From NCBI RefSeq assembly GCF_044324785.1, contig NZ_CP172128.1: a stretch of DNA of 64,000 bases. One strand, 5' to 3'. Below, one piece after another: positions 20,440 to 30,613 of this stretch. Under the pieces are notes generated by a model. That model was given only the letters and a program-made list of their open reading frames with translations. It made no database searches and had not been told where the DNA came from. The position numbers and the translations under genes are program-made. This DNA comes from Escherichia coli (GTDB lineage: Bacteria; Pseudomonadota; Gammaproteobacteria; Enterobacterales; Enterobacteriaceae). How positions within the stretch are numbered: position 1 is the first letter of the stretch; each line of letters opens with the position of its first letter.

Positions 20440-21330
20440 TTACGCCATGAATTGCTTATTTCTTAAATACGACATGCACCACAGACAGGCTTTTCCTATA
20501 CCATCGGAACGAGCGGCAAGAAATAACTTGGTGGCGTGTTTATGTTCGCGCATTGGCTTTTTAAGCAATTTACCTCTGTTCAATAACGGCAATGCCAGAT
20601 GATGTGGAATATAACCAATACCGACGTTTTGTTCTATTAAGCTGATTGCCATGGCGAAGTCAGGAACAAAAATAGGTTTTTGTCCTTCCAACAACCAGGC
20701 TTGCATTGGGGGGAAGTTAACGGAGGTATCCCGGATACAAACCGCAGGATAATGACGCAATTCACTGTTTTCTAATGGATTCCGCTTCACTGCCAGTGGA
20801 TGAAGTGGGCTGACGACAAAATCCCATTCTATTTGTCCGACCGGTTCGCTAATGATGCCTTCACTGCTTGGTACTGCATGAGGAGCACCGTAGACCAGAT
20901 CAGCACGTTTACTGTACAGCGCATCCCAGCAGCCGTTGTATACTTCAATATCTACCGTCAGTGTTGTTGATGTGAATTGCCGTTCAAAATCTTGAATAAA
21001 TGACACCAGAAAATCACCAGGTATAATATTGTTCACCGCAATTGTCAGTTCACGCTCAATACCATCGTGAATCAGCACTGTGTTGCGCTTTAATGCATCC
21101 AGATCGCGGAGAATATTTTTGCTATGTTCGATGAAGTAACTCCCCGCCGGAGATAATTCAATATATCGTCCCTTACGAATGAACAGTTCAACGCCCAGGG
21201 TTTCTTCCGCTTTCTTCAGGGTGTAACTGATAGTAGAAGGGACTTTATTTAACTGTTCGGCTGCGGTGGTGATGTTCTGGTGTCTGGCGACCAGATGAAT
21301 AATTCGAATCGTTTCGTCTGAGATGAACAT
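20440..21330 (-). CDS. LysR-family transcriptional regulator
   Basis: 296 aa; N-terminal HTH (IRIIHLVARHQNITTAAEQLNKVPSTISYTLKKAEE) and LysR substrate-binding domain. Confidence 0.8.
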   Translation of the reverse strand: MFISDETIRIIHLVARHQNITTAAEQLNKVPSTISYTLKKAEETLGVELFIRKGRYIELSPAGSYFIEHSKNILRDLDALKRNTVLIHDGIERELTIAVNNIIPGDFLVSFIQDFERQFTSTTLTVDIEVYNGCWDALYSKRADLVYGAPHAVPSSEGIISEPVGQIEWDFVVSPLHPLAVKRNPLENSELRHYPAVCIRDTSVNFPPMQAWLLEGQKPIFVPDFAMAISLIEQNVGIGYIPHHLALPLLNRGKLLKKPMREHKHATKLFLAARSDGIGKACLWCMSYLRNKQFMA

Positions 21331-21407
21331 AAGGCTCCCTGGTCAGTGGTAAAGTGGCTGAATCTCTCCAGATTCAGCCGTAATCATTGCCTGAGTATAC
21401 CCAGGAA

Positions 21408-22628
21408 TTAGCGGTGTTGACTTGCCCGACTGAGAATCGCATACGCGATACATGCCACCAGAATGGAGTCAACTGAAGGGATCGTCGTCAGGGTGAATAA
21501 GCCTTTTACGGTCATAAAGCCAACCGCTGTGCCTGTGATCCATGCAGCGAATGTCAGTACTTTAACCTGTGACTCCTGAGTTAACACCGACTCTTGATAG
21601 CCATTACGGCGATAAAGGAAAAAGTCAGCGATATAAATTCCGGCAACTGGGGGAGTCGCGATACCCAGGAACAGCAGAAACGGAATAAACCACGCCATAA
21701 TATCCATACTGCCTACGATGGCGGAAAGGATACCCAGCGCAACGGTAATCTGCCATTTGGGAAAGCGGCTAAGCAGTGTGGAAACTACCAACGTCCCCTG
21801 GAACATATTGCCCGCATTACCGGTGACGCAGGCGAATATCAGCAACAGTGCTGCAGGCATAACCGCACCGAATACTGCCATAGCATTCAGTAAAGAGCCC
21901 TGGCCGCTAATGGCACTCGGCGTTGCACCCGCCCAGTATAGCAGAGGGTAGGCAACCAGAAACGTCATACCTGCGGCAATCAGAGCATGTTTTCGGTTAT
22001 GTACAAAACTACCGAAGTCGGGAAGTGTAGCAACCAGAACAATAATAGTGCCAACAACGGTGGAAACGGCGACACCTGTACTCATCTCCGCTATCGCTGC
22101 TGGCGCTGATACTTCGGTATGGGTTGCCACATAGAGTATATAACACAGCACCAGTGCGATAACCGGCACGGCGACCTGGGCAACTTTGCCCAGAATGGAA
22201 AAACCAAAGGCCGTAGAGGCGACAAAAATGACACAACCAGCTGCCACTAACAGTGCCAGTGGCGCTTCAATCCCATTCTGCGCCAGTAAGTCATGCACCG
22301 AATGACCAAACATATTAGCGGTAACGGCAATCCAGCCGAACAGACTTATAGCCATCAAAATATTAATGGCGATGGCCCCTTTTTCGCCAAATGAATATTT
22401 CACAATACCGTATGTTGGCAGGCGGGCTTTTTCTCCCACACTAATGGTGATGGCTGAAAGTAAGGTCAGAATGACGCCGCCTAATAGTACGACGCTAATT
22501 AAACTACCACTGGAAAGTTGATTGCCGAGGCTTGAGGATGACAACAGCACAGGTGTGACGGCAATACCCAGCAAAATCATGGTAATACGCAATCCTGATG
22601 CCGTATTCATATTATCTTCTTTACGCAT
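21408..22628 (-). CDS. NCS1-type (cytosine/purine/allantoin-like) permease, putative
   Basis: 406 aa polytopic membrane protein with a transporter-like profile. Confidence 0.5.
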   Translation of the reverse strand: MRKEDNMNTASGLRITMILLGIAVTPVLLSSSSLGNQLSSGSLISVVLLGGVILTLLSAITISVGEKARLPTYGIVKYSFGEKGAIAINILMAISLFGWIAVTANMFGHSVHDLLAQNGIEAPLALLVAAGCVIFVASTAFGFSILGKVAQVAVPVIALVLCYILYVATHTEVSAPAAIAEMSTGVAVSTVVGTIIVLVATLPDFGSFVHNRKHALIAAGMTFLVAYPLLYWAGATPSAISGQGSLLNAMAVFGAVMPAALLLIFACVTGNAGNMFQGTLVVSTLLSRFPKWQITVALGILSAIVGSMDIMAWFIPFLLFLGIATPPVAGIYIADFFLYRRNGYQESVLTQESQVKVLTFAAWITGTAVGFMTVKGLFTLTTIPSVDSILVACIAYAILSRASQHR

Positions 22629-22653
22629 AATATGTTTCCTTTATAAATGCGCG

Positions 22654-23043
22654 TTACATCGTGTGAAAATTCCCGGTGTATTTGCGCCAGCCCCCCAGTG
22701 CTGTAATCTCCTTCTGGCCTTCAGTCAGCCAGCTTTCTGCCAGTACGCCCAGTACTTCGCTACCATCGGCAAGTTTGATTTTTCCAATGGTCAGGCCTTC
22801 GGGTTCGTTCATTAACAGTTCGGCAAAACTGGCCAGAGGCAGTTGCCAGATTTCTACGTCTACGTGTGCTCCTCCTTCATTCACGCGGATCATTCCGGGA
22901 TGACGATCATTAATACTCCATAACCGGTAATGGGCGTCAGTTCGGTCTTCACGGACAAAAATACCGCCCGCTTTTTGCATATTTGGGTTGAGTTCCAGAC
23001 CGCGCATCAGCGTTCCGTTAACGGCTAAAAGTGTTGTAGTCAT
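22654..23043 (-). CDS. AIG2/gamma-glutamylcyclotransferase-like protein
   Basis: 129 aa with GGCT-like fold signature at the N-terminus; family assignment tentative. Confidence 0.4.
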   Translation of the reverse strand: MTTTLLAVNGTLMRGLELNPNMQKAGGIFVREDRTDAHYRLWSINDRHPGMIRVNEGGAHVDVEIWQLPLASFAELLMNEPEGLTIGKIKLADGSEVLGVLAESWLTEGQKEITALGGWRKYTGNFHTM

Positions 23044-23059
23044 TGTGTTCTCCAGAGAA

Positions 23060-24016
23060 TTAAAGGGTTATCCATGTTCCGCTCTGATGTGCCAGGGCTG
23101 CTTTTATGGTTTGCGGTGAAGTAATCAGTCCGCTGGCCTGTTTGCCTTGTTGCTGGCTGGCATTGATGAAATCAATAATGGCTTCCACTTTGGGTTGCAT
23201 ACTGCCGACACCAAACTGACCTTCCTGCAACAGCGTTTGAGCTTCGTAGACGCTGATAGCGTCGAGCCATTGTTGTTGTGGTGTACCAAAGTTAATCGCC
23301 ACTTTTTCTACACCGGTGGGGATCACCAGCAGATCAGCGCCTAACTGACTGGCGAGCAATGCGGAGGCCAGGTCTTTATCGATCACGGCTTCCACACCTT
23401 TCAGTTGTTGCCCGTCTCGCACCACAGGTATACCGCCGCCGCCGCAGGCTATAACCAGATATCCCTGGCGCACAAGGTGAGCGATGGTGTGGTGCTCAAT
23501 AATTTCCAGTGGCGCAGGAGAGGGAACTGTACGCCGCCAACCACGCCCGGCGTCCTCCATCAGCGTCCAGCCGAGTTGTTGTTGGCATTGTTGTGCTGTT
23601 TCTTCATCAAGAAACGCGCCAATCGGTTTACTGGGGCTGGCGAAAGCATCGTCATATGGGCTGACTCGCGTTTGTGTCACCAGGGTAATTACCGGTTTGT
23701 TTATGCCACGGCGAGCCAATTCGTTATGCAGCGCTTTCTGGAACATGTATCCAATGGCGCCTTGGGTATCACCCACGGCGTAATCCAGAGGAACCGGAGA
23801 AACTTCGTTACTGGCAAGTTCAGAGCGGCGCAGAATAAAGCCTACCTGCGGGCCATTACCGTGGGTTAGCACCAGGTCCCATCCGGCTTCAACCATATCA
23901 ACGATATGCTGCACGCTTTCCATTACTGCAACATATTGATCGGGAATACTATTGCGTTTATCGTCCTGAATGAGCGCATTGCCGCCAACCGCGACGACAG
24001 CCAGTGGCTTAACCAT
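23060..24016 (-). CDS. carbamate kinase-like protein (YahI/YbcF-type)
   Basis: AVVAVGGNAL ... THGNGPQVG amino-acid-kinase motifs; start taken at MVKPLAVVAVGG rather than the upstream ORF-track start. Confidence 0.75.
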   Translation of the reverse strand: MVKPLAVVAVGGNALIQDDKRNSIPDQYVAVMESVQHIVDMVEAGWDLVLTHGNGPQVGFILRRSELASNEVSPVPLDYAVGDTQGAIGYMFQKALHNELARRGINKPVITLVTQTRVSPYDDAFASPSKPIGAFLDEETAQQCQQQLGWTLMEDAGRGWRRTVPSPAPLEIIEHHTIAHLVRQGYLVIACGGGGIPVVRDGQQLKGVEAVIDKDLASALLASQLGADLLVIPTGVEKVAINFGTPQQQWLDAISVYEAQTLLQEGQFGVGSMQPKVEAIIDFINASQQQGKQASGLITSPQTIKAALAHQSGTWITL

Positions 24017-25433
24017 GATGGTTCTCCTTTGCGACGATCTCCGCCAGTTCACGTACAGCAGCGACAAAACAGGCCATCGGTGCAGTGGTGATCCCGGCAC
24101 CAATTTGTCCGACTCCCGCTTGTTTGTGGGCGATACCCGTATTGATGACCGGTAAAATGCCACGATCGGTCACTTTACACGCATCAATACCTGCTGCGGT
24201 GGGGGCAAAATTGAGGGCTGGAAGTGTAAATGCGGGGTTACCGCCGAGGGTGATTGCCTGCATCCGACGGCTGTTATTGGTGGCATCGGCAGGGGTGCCT
24301 CCCACAAATTTAACAATCGCCGGAGATGACGCCATCGCGAAGCCACCCACACCTGCGGTTTCAGTAATTGCGCTATCACCCAGGTCAGCAGCGGCGTCGT
24401 CAACGCCAAATCCGGGGAAGAACAGACCTTCAACTGCATTGGCAGGAGCCTGGAACCAGCGATCGCCAGTACCGGAAAGCCGAATACCAAAATTCACCCC
24501 GTTACGCGCCATCACCGTAACCATTGAACTGAACGGTACATTGGCGGCGGCATCCATCATTGCTTTACAGGCAGCCATCGACAAATTGAGGAAGAAGTGA
24601 TCGTTACCTGTGATAAATGCCACGACGCGCTGGATATGTTCCTGTGGAAGAGAGCAGGCCAGCAATGCCGGGAGCAGGCGCTTAATCAGCAAACCGGTAG
24701 CGGCAGCATTGCGGTTATGAACTTCATCCCCCATATGCAGCGCCTGCGCCATTAATGGCTTGAGTTCCAGCTCGCCGTGTTGTGCGATTGCTGCTTTCAT
24801 GGCCGGCGCCAGTTCATCACGCATCCAGGCCAGACGATTGAGAACTTCATCGTTATTGGCACCAAAACGGAGAACCTTACCCAGACCCTCATTGAAATTG
24901 CTAAAAGTACGATGGCCGTTGGTTTTGTTTTCCACCACCCATAATGGCATAGACGGGCTGATAATGCCTGCCATTGGTCCAACCGCGTGATAATGATGAC
25001 AAGGAGCAAGGTCGATTTCGCCTGCGTTTATCTGGTTTTCTGCGTCTTTCTGGCTTGTAGCCCAGCCTTCGTACAGCATGGCACCAATAATCGCCCCTTT
25101 TACCGGACCACACATATCTTCCCAGGCAATCGGTGGACCAGAGTGTAAAATGCGTTTTTGTTCAGCCATTTCGGGGATGGCTTCTTTAGCGAGCATGACA
25201 TCCACCAACACGGGCTGTGCTTCGAGATAACGTGTCATGGCGATTTGGTTGGCACTTTCTACCAGTGGATGGCGTAGTAATGACGCCAGAACCAAACCGG
25301 TGTCAATATCACCTTGTGCTGGCGGCTGCCAGTTGAGGGATATAGCATGCCCTCCTGCATGTTGAATATTGTCAGCAAAACTGTGTAGTCCCGCGTTCAC
25401 GACCTTCAAAGGCTGATTAAATAAGGTATTCAT
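24009..25433 (-). CDS. DUF1116 protein (YahG/YlbE-like)
   Basis: ~474 aa, conserved partner of FdrA-like and DUF2877 proteins; start taken at MNTLFNQPL. Confidence 0.65.
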   Translation of the reverse strand: MNTLFNQPLKVVNAGLHSFADNIQHAGGHAISLNWQPPAQGDIDTGLVLASLLRHPLVESANQIAMTRYLEAQPVLVDVMLAKEAIPEMAEQKRILHSGPPIAWEDMCGPVKGAIIGAMLYEGWATSQKDAENQINAGEIDLAPCHHYHAVGPMAGIISPSMPLWVVENKTNGHRTFSNFNEGLGKVLRFGANNDEVLNRLAWMRDELAPAMKAAIAQHGELELKPLMAQALHMGDEVHNRNAAATGLLIKRLLPALLACSLPQEHIQRVVAFITGNDHFFLNLSMAACKAMMDAAANVPFSSMVTVMARNGVNFGIRLSGTGDRWFQAPANAVEGLFFPGFGVDDAAADLGDSAITETAGVGGFAMASSPAIVKFVGGTPADATNNSRRMQAITLGGNPAFTLPALNFAPTAAGIDACKVTDRGILPVINTGIAHKQAGVGQIGAGITTAPMACFVAAVRELAEIVAKENHHG

Positions 25434-26989
25434 GCATTTAGCTCCTTTTTCTGCAACTGAGTCTGTGCAACGGTGCTGGCCCATAGCGCCGCCTGTGCAT
25501 TGCTGTTGGCAATGATGACGCCTGCATTTTGTAGTGAGCTTATCTGCTGACTGCGTATTTGCGGATCAGCTTCTGTTCCGCAAACGTGGGCAATCAGCAA
25601 CGGTGCATTATTCATGTCGATGTGTGAAAGTTGGTCCAGTAATTCGCTGACAGGCGTAGCGGAGGTGCCATAACCAAGTACAAGGTCGAATAACACAACG
25701 GCAGTATGTGAGTCGTTGAGTTCGTTGAGCAGACGTTGATTGCGCAGAGTCGGGTCGATCATTGGATGCGGTTTGCCACGGGTGAAATCATCGTCCCCCA
25801 TATCAATCAGTGTATGATCTTCACTTTGCCAGATATTTGCCAGAGCACGATTACCCGCAACTGGCGTATTGGAGGCGGCATGGAATCCCTTTTGTTGGCA
25901 GATAAGCTGAGCTTCGTAACAGAAGGTTCCTCCGGCGAAAACACCGCGTATCGCCTGGCGATGGACTGGCAGACTTTGGCAGGCGTTTTGTAACATTGTG
26001 AGATCGTCGCAGGAAACCTCGTTCTCGACAGCCGGAAGTGGCTGATCATTCAGTAACGCCACAGCGATGTCGGCGGCGCTGGCAAGTGTGGTGGCGGCAG
26101 TGATATTGGGACGTGCCAGATCATGCGGATTCGCCCCGAGGAAATTCACCACCACGGGTTTTCCACAAGCCTCGGCGCGCTCCAGAATAGTCCGGGCAAC
26201 GATCGGTGAAGGCGGTTTTGAAATAAGAACAATCACGTGAGTTTCATCGTCTTGTGCCAGCGCATCTAAAGCAAAGAGCATTGATATTCCACCAATCTCT
26301 TCACTGAGATCATGTCCGCCTGTTCCCAACGCCTGAGAAATACCCGCTCCGAGCTGGTCGATTCGGCAAGTCACTTCCTGTAGCCCGGTGCCTGACGCGC
26401 CAATAACACCAATTGCTCCGCGTTTCACCACATTAGCGAAGCCTAACGGAATGCCGTTAACAATGGCGGTTCCACAGTCAGGTCCCATTACGATACGCTG
26501 ACGTTCTCGGGCAAGCGTTTTGATGTATTTTTCCTGCCCGATACTGACGTTATCGCTGAACATCATCACGTTCATTCCGAGGTTTAACGCTTTAATTGCT
26601 TCGGCGGCGGCGTAGTCTCCCGGTACAGAAATGAGTGCCAGGTTGGCTTCGGGTTCAGCTTCCAGTGCCATTTCCAGGCTGACCTTTTCCGGTGATTTAA
26701 TGCCACAATCCGTTTCATCATCGGGTTTGCTGGTCAGACGTTGCTGGGCCAGTAGCAGTGCTTCATTGCAAATATCTTCTTCACCCATGACTGCAATCAC
26801 TAAATCATTGGGACTGGCGTTGATTTCGTTACCCAGACCCGCATCGCGCAATTGCTCGAGATTATTGGGTGTTCCCATGACGACCGAGGCCTGTTGAATA
26901 CCGGGCAACTTGCTGATTTGCGCGGAAATCTGCATCAGAGAAACTGAGTCCTGATAAAGATTACTGAAAACTTTATATTTAACTTTCAT
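25430..26989 (-). CDS. FdrA-like protein (YahF-type, succinyl-CoA-synthetase-alpha-like fold)
   Basis: ~519 aa, CoA-ligase/NAD-binding Rossmann-like N-domain; start taken at MKVKYKVF. Confidence 0.65.
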   Translation of the reverse strand: MKVKYKVFSNLYQDSVSLMQISAQISKLPGIQQASVVMGTPNNLEQLRDAGLGNEINASPNDLVIAVMGEEDICNEALLLAQQRLTSKPDDETDCGIKSPEKVSLEMALEAEPEANLALISVPGDYAAAEAIKALNLGMNVMMFSDNVSIGQEKYIKTLARERQRIVMGPDCGTAIVNGIPLGFANVVKRGAIGVIGASGTGLQEVTCRIDQLGAGISQALGTGGHDLSEEIGGISMLFALDALAQDDETHVIVLISKPPSPIVARTILERAEACGKPVVVNFLGANPHDLARPNITAATTLASAADIAVALLNDQPLPAVENEVSCDDLTMLQNACQSLPVHRQAIRGVFAGGTFCYEAQLICQQKGFHAASNTPVAGNRALANIWQSEDHTLIDMGDDDFTRGKPHPMIDPTLRNQRLLNELNDSHTAVVLFDLVLGYGTSATPVSELLDQLSHIDMNNAPLLIAHVCGTEADPQIRSQQISSLQNAGVIIANSNAQAALWASTVAQTQLQKKELNA

Positions 26990-27083
26990 GCTGTTACGCC
27001 TGTTCCATTCCGCCCGATAGCAAAATTCGGGCAAAGCATCCCCGTGTAGCCCCATAAACGGGCTACGGGAGAAAAGGTTGAAA

Positions 27084-27944
27084 TCAATTCATGGTGTTCA
27101 GGGTTCGAAATCCATGCAGCATTCCTGCAAGGCAATTTACTCCTGATGTTGCGCCAAATTGCATGATCTGTTCTGTACAGGATGCGATTGTCATTGCCGA
27201 TGCGCTCCCAACCAGTTGTGCGAGTAACCGGCAAATCGGTTCTGAAAAATGTCCCTGAAGCGCACGTTGCAGATAATGACGACTTATATCCGTGGTGTTG
27301 TGTGCATGTTGTTCAATTGCCTTCTGCAACCTGTATTGATGATTGGCAAGTGGTGCAGGGAGTTGCCATAACCAGAGGGCTGCCAGATAGCCCAGCAAAT
27401 AGTCATCTCCATCGGGCGTTAAGCCTTTACCAAAGCCGATCAGTTGGGGTACCTGGCGTTCCAGCGCATCTGGATGTTCCATAATATCTAATCCCTGGTG
27501 CGTGAGACTATCCGGCAGGTGCAATGTGCTTTGAACGTTATGCTCCAGACAAAATAAAAGCCGTTGCGATGCTATCGTGGGGTAGTGCTGGAAAACCAAA
27601 GGCAATGCCTCAAGAGTCAGCATTCCCCCCACAAATGGCGACTGCCAGAGCGTTGCGTTATCGAGCGCCACACAAAATCGAGGTGTCCGCAGTAAGCCTG
27701 GGGTTAACTGAATGGGATCTGAATGGGCAATCTCTCTTCGCCAGTCCCAACATTCAGGTAGCCAGACTCTGGCAGCATCAGGGAGATTCAGATACGTTTG
27801 CGCACACAACAGAGTGATGAATGTTCCCGCGTCTGAATACAGATTTACCGCATGTTTAAAAGCGCTATGTAGACGTAAATCTTGCGTTTCATTCTGCGGG
27901 AAAAGATATCCTAACGACGATGCACAAAGCGTAACCTGTACCAT
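27084..27944 (-). CDS. DUF2877 protein (YahE/YlbF-like)
   Basis: 286 aa; conserved third member of the FdrA/DUF1116/DUF2877 trio. Confidence 0.6.
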   Translation of the reverse strand: MVQVTLCASSLGYLFPQNETQDLRLHSAFKHAVNLYSDAGTFITLLCAQTYLNLPDAARVWLPECWDWRREIAHSDPIQLTPGLLRTPRFCVALDNATLWQSPFVGGMLTLEALPLVFQHYPTIASQRLLFCLEHNVQSTLHLPDSLTHQGLDIMEHPDALERQVPQLIGFGKGLTPDGDDYLLGYLAALWLWQLPAPLANHQYRLQKAIEQHAHNTTDISRHYLQRALQGHFSEPICRLLAQLVGSASAMTIASCTEQIMQFGATSGVNCLAGMLHGFRTLNTMN

Positions 27945-27949
27945 CGGCG

Positions 27950-28618
27950 TTAGCCTTCCAGACCTGCAATAATGGCTTTGGAATCAGTAACCCAACCGAA
28001 AATGGCACCTTGTGCTTTGATCATCTCAAGGGCGTATTTCTGGAATTCCGGGAAATAGGAGCCAACGCAATCTTCCGGTATGATGCATTCATAGCCACGG
28101 TCATTTGCTTCACGCACGGTGGTGGTTACGCAAACTTCGGTAGTCACGCCACAAACAATAAGTGTCTTGATACCACGCTTTTGCAAAATCAGATGTAAGT
28201 CGGTTTGATAAAAAGCGCCTTTACCGGGTTTATCAATCACAGGTTCGCCTGTCACTGGATACAGTTCAGGAATGATGTCATGACCTGCCTCACCCCTGAC
28301 CAGAATGCGTCCCATCGGTCCTGGTTCACCAATAAAGGTTTTTCCGCCGCGCGTCAGTTTGGCTGATGGGCAGTCGCTTAAGTCTTCACGATGGCCTTCA
28401 CGGGTATGAATAACCATAATTCCTTTTTGACGTGCGGCTACCAGAACTTCTTTACATGGTGCGATAGCCGTGCGAACCAGTGAAACATCATTACCCAATG
28501 CTTCTCCAAACCCTCCTGCTTCGACAAAATCACGTTGCATGTCTATCATGATCAGTGCCGTTGTGCACGGATCAAAGGGTAATTCAAAGGGTTGAGCCTG
28601 AAAAATGGATATCGTCAT
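27950..28618 (-). CDS. isochorismatase-family cysteine hydrolase
   Basis: ALIMIDMQRDF ... catalytic-Cys region IVCGVTTEVCV typical of isochorismatase/N-carbamoylsarcosine amidase family; start at MTISIF with GGAG RBS. Confidence 0.75.
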   Translation of the reverse strand: MTISIFQAQPFELPFDPCTTALIMIDMQRDFVEAGGFGEALGNDVSLVRTAIAPCKEVLVAARQKGIMVIHTREGHREDLSDCPSAKLTRGGKTFIGEPGPMGRILVRGEAGHDIIPELYPVTGEPVIDKPGKGAFYQTDLHLILQKRGIKTLIVCGVTTEVCVTTTVREANDRGYECIIPEDCVGSYFPEFQKYALEMIKAQGAIFGWVTDSKAIIAGLEG

Positions 28619-28890
28619 GACAAATCTCCAGTATATATTGTTTACTGGTGACGAGTATTCAATATAAAGGTGACCCACAACAGAAAAAAAAGTTGTTTTA
28701 CAGGAGCGAATATTTTTGAGGTGTCTAAATGTTGTTATGAAAAATGTGATTTATATCAATCTATGACATTCATAAACAACTTTTTTCAAATGTTTATTTG
28801 TTTAATATTAAAAAAATTGTCGATATATTGTGATATTAATCATCCTATTTGGCAGGGATAGTGCTGATTTTTAACAAATACCCCTTACAT

Positions 28891-29024
28891 CCGTCCTTCA
28901 ACGGGGATATAAAGCGCTGTTTTCCACCTAACCAGGTGTCTGCTGCTATTCAATGTATTGGCGGATGACGGATGCCGCCCGTTGAAGCAGGAACCCACGT
29001 CCTTAGGGCGTGGAGGATGTCAAA
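28891..29024 (+). repeat. 134-bp direct repeat, copy 2
   Basis: ~97% identical to 20205-20338, same orientation. Confidence 0.7.
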
Positions 29025-29076
29025 TACCCGCCCTCATTGAGAGAGAAGCTACGAGATTTTCGCTAAGGGACACAGG

Positions 29077-30560
29077 TCATACGGGAGATGGCGGTTCCCA
29101 GCGTTTATCCTGCTCCGGCGGAGGCAGTGATGCGTCATCGTTGCTGTTCGCCGCGATATAATCGCGGTAGTAGCGTTCACTTCCTTCCCGGTGATGATCC
29201 ACATCCGGTCGTGTAATCCTGTAGTCTTCGTGACCGGTACGGCCTGTCACATTATGCCAGGCAACCATTTCAGCAAAGACCTGGTTAAATTGTTTGTCGT
29301 TTCCTTCTGGTTCAAAGCCCATTCTGGGATCACGCTCAAACAATACAGGTGCAATCAAATCCAGTTTATCTGCCAGCGCATTGCGGTCATGGTGATTACG
29401 GAAAACAACCCTGTCACCATAATCCGTACAGACAAACTCTCCCGTCCGACGGTCACGGAAACGAACACTCCCGTTCTTCTGCAAACGGGCCTCGAGATCA
29501 CCGGTATTACCGTATACCGGCGTTCCGCCCGGTTCACAAAGCACGACACAGCGGTCTGTTGTTGTTGTGCGTGACTTGTCTTTACGGCGATCGCGATAAT
29601 CCCAGCCTCTCAACTGCGATACAGCAGCCCTGTCTCCCTGAGCAGCCTGAATTTCGACCCACTGACGGTAAGAGGGTGGATACCACTTCCCGTCAGCAAT
29701 AAGTTTCTGTCGCTCATCCCTGATGTCTTCTTTCAGCCTGATCAACGCCTGCATTCGCTGAACTTCTGCAATGTGATAATGCAGCTTACGTAATGCCGGA
29801 TCATCGTACTGCGCACGAATGTGTGACTTCCGCAGACGGCATGCCTGATGAATTTCCCGACAACGTTCCCCATTACGCAGATCTGGTTTACGCCATTGTT
29901 CACGCCATGCCAGATAGCGGGCACGCAGGTCAGCACGGGCCTCAGCTCTGGCTTCACGTCGCTGCCGGCGCAGCATTGGGTCACGTTTACTGCTGACCCC
30001 GTACCTGTCACTGACAGCCAGCTCCGGGTTATAGCGACTTTCAGGTTGCACCCTGTCAAACAAATCTGCTGGGGCACTCACAAAAGGTCCGGCCTGTGGC
30101 TCTGCACGCCCCAGAGTCAGATCAGGATGAATGCTGCTGGCCTTCACCGGCGTTTGCTCATGATTAAAGGCATCAACGACAACAAGCCCGTGATGTTGTT
30201 TCTGTAGCATCAGTCCCTGTTGTGCAAACAGCTCATGACAACGCTGCCAGGTAAACTCACCCTGTGTGATCATTTCTTCAATCTGAGGGCTACAATGGCT
30301 GATGCTGTATCCCCACAGACTTTCTTTATCAGAAAACAGTTCGCGTTTGATAGCCCCCTGCGGCCCCGTGCCTGTACGCATACGGTGCCATTCTTTATCG
30401 GTCGCAGGACAGCTCTCCATACGACGACCACGGAAGCGTTCTGTTGGCGTAACCTGGCGGAAAATATCTGTTGGTACAGGCTGCCAGCCACCATCGAGTT
30501 GATTCACATTGTCGAGCGTCAGCAGTGACCATACGCTGTCAGCACGAACGGGAGTCTGGT
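29077..30560 (-). pseudogene. NikB-like MOBP relaxase, C-terminal ~490 codons only
   Basis: N-terminal part of the translation (..TPVRADSVWSL..QPVPTDIF..) aligns with the C-terminal region of the nikB at the window end; relaxase catalytic domain absent. Confidence 0.55.
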
Positions 30561-30613
30561 TATGATATTTTTCGGATCCCGGTGAAAAAAGAGAGAAACA
30601 TGCAGATACCATG

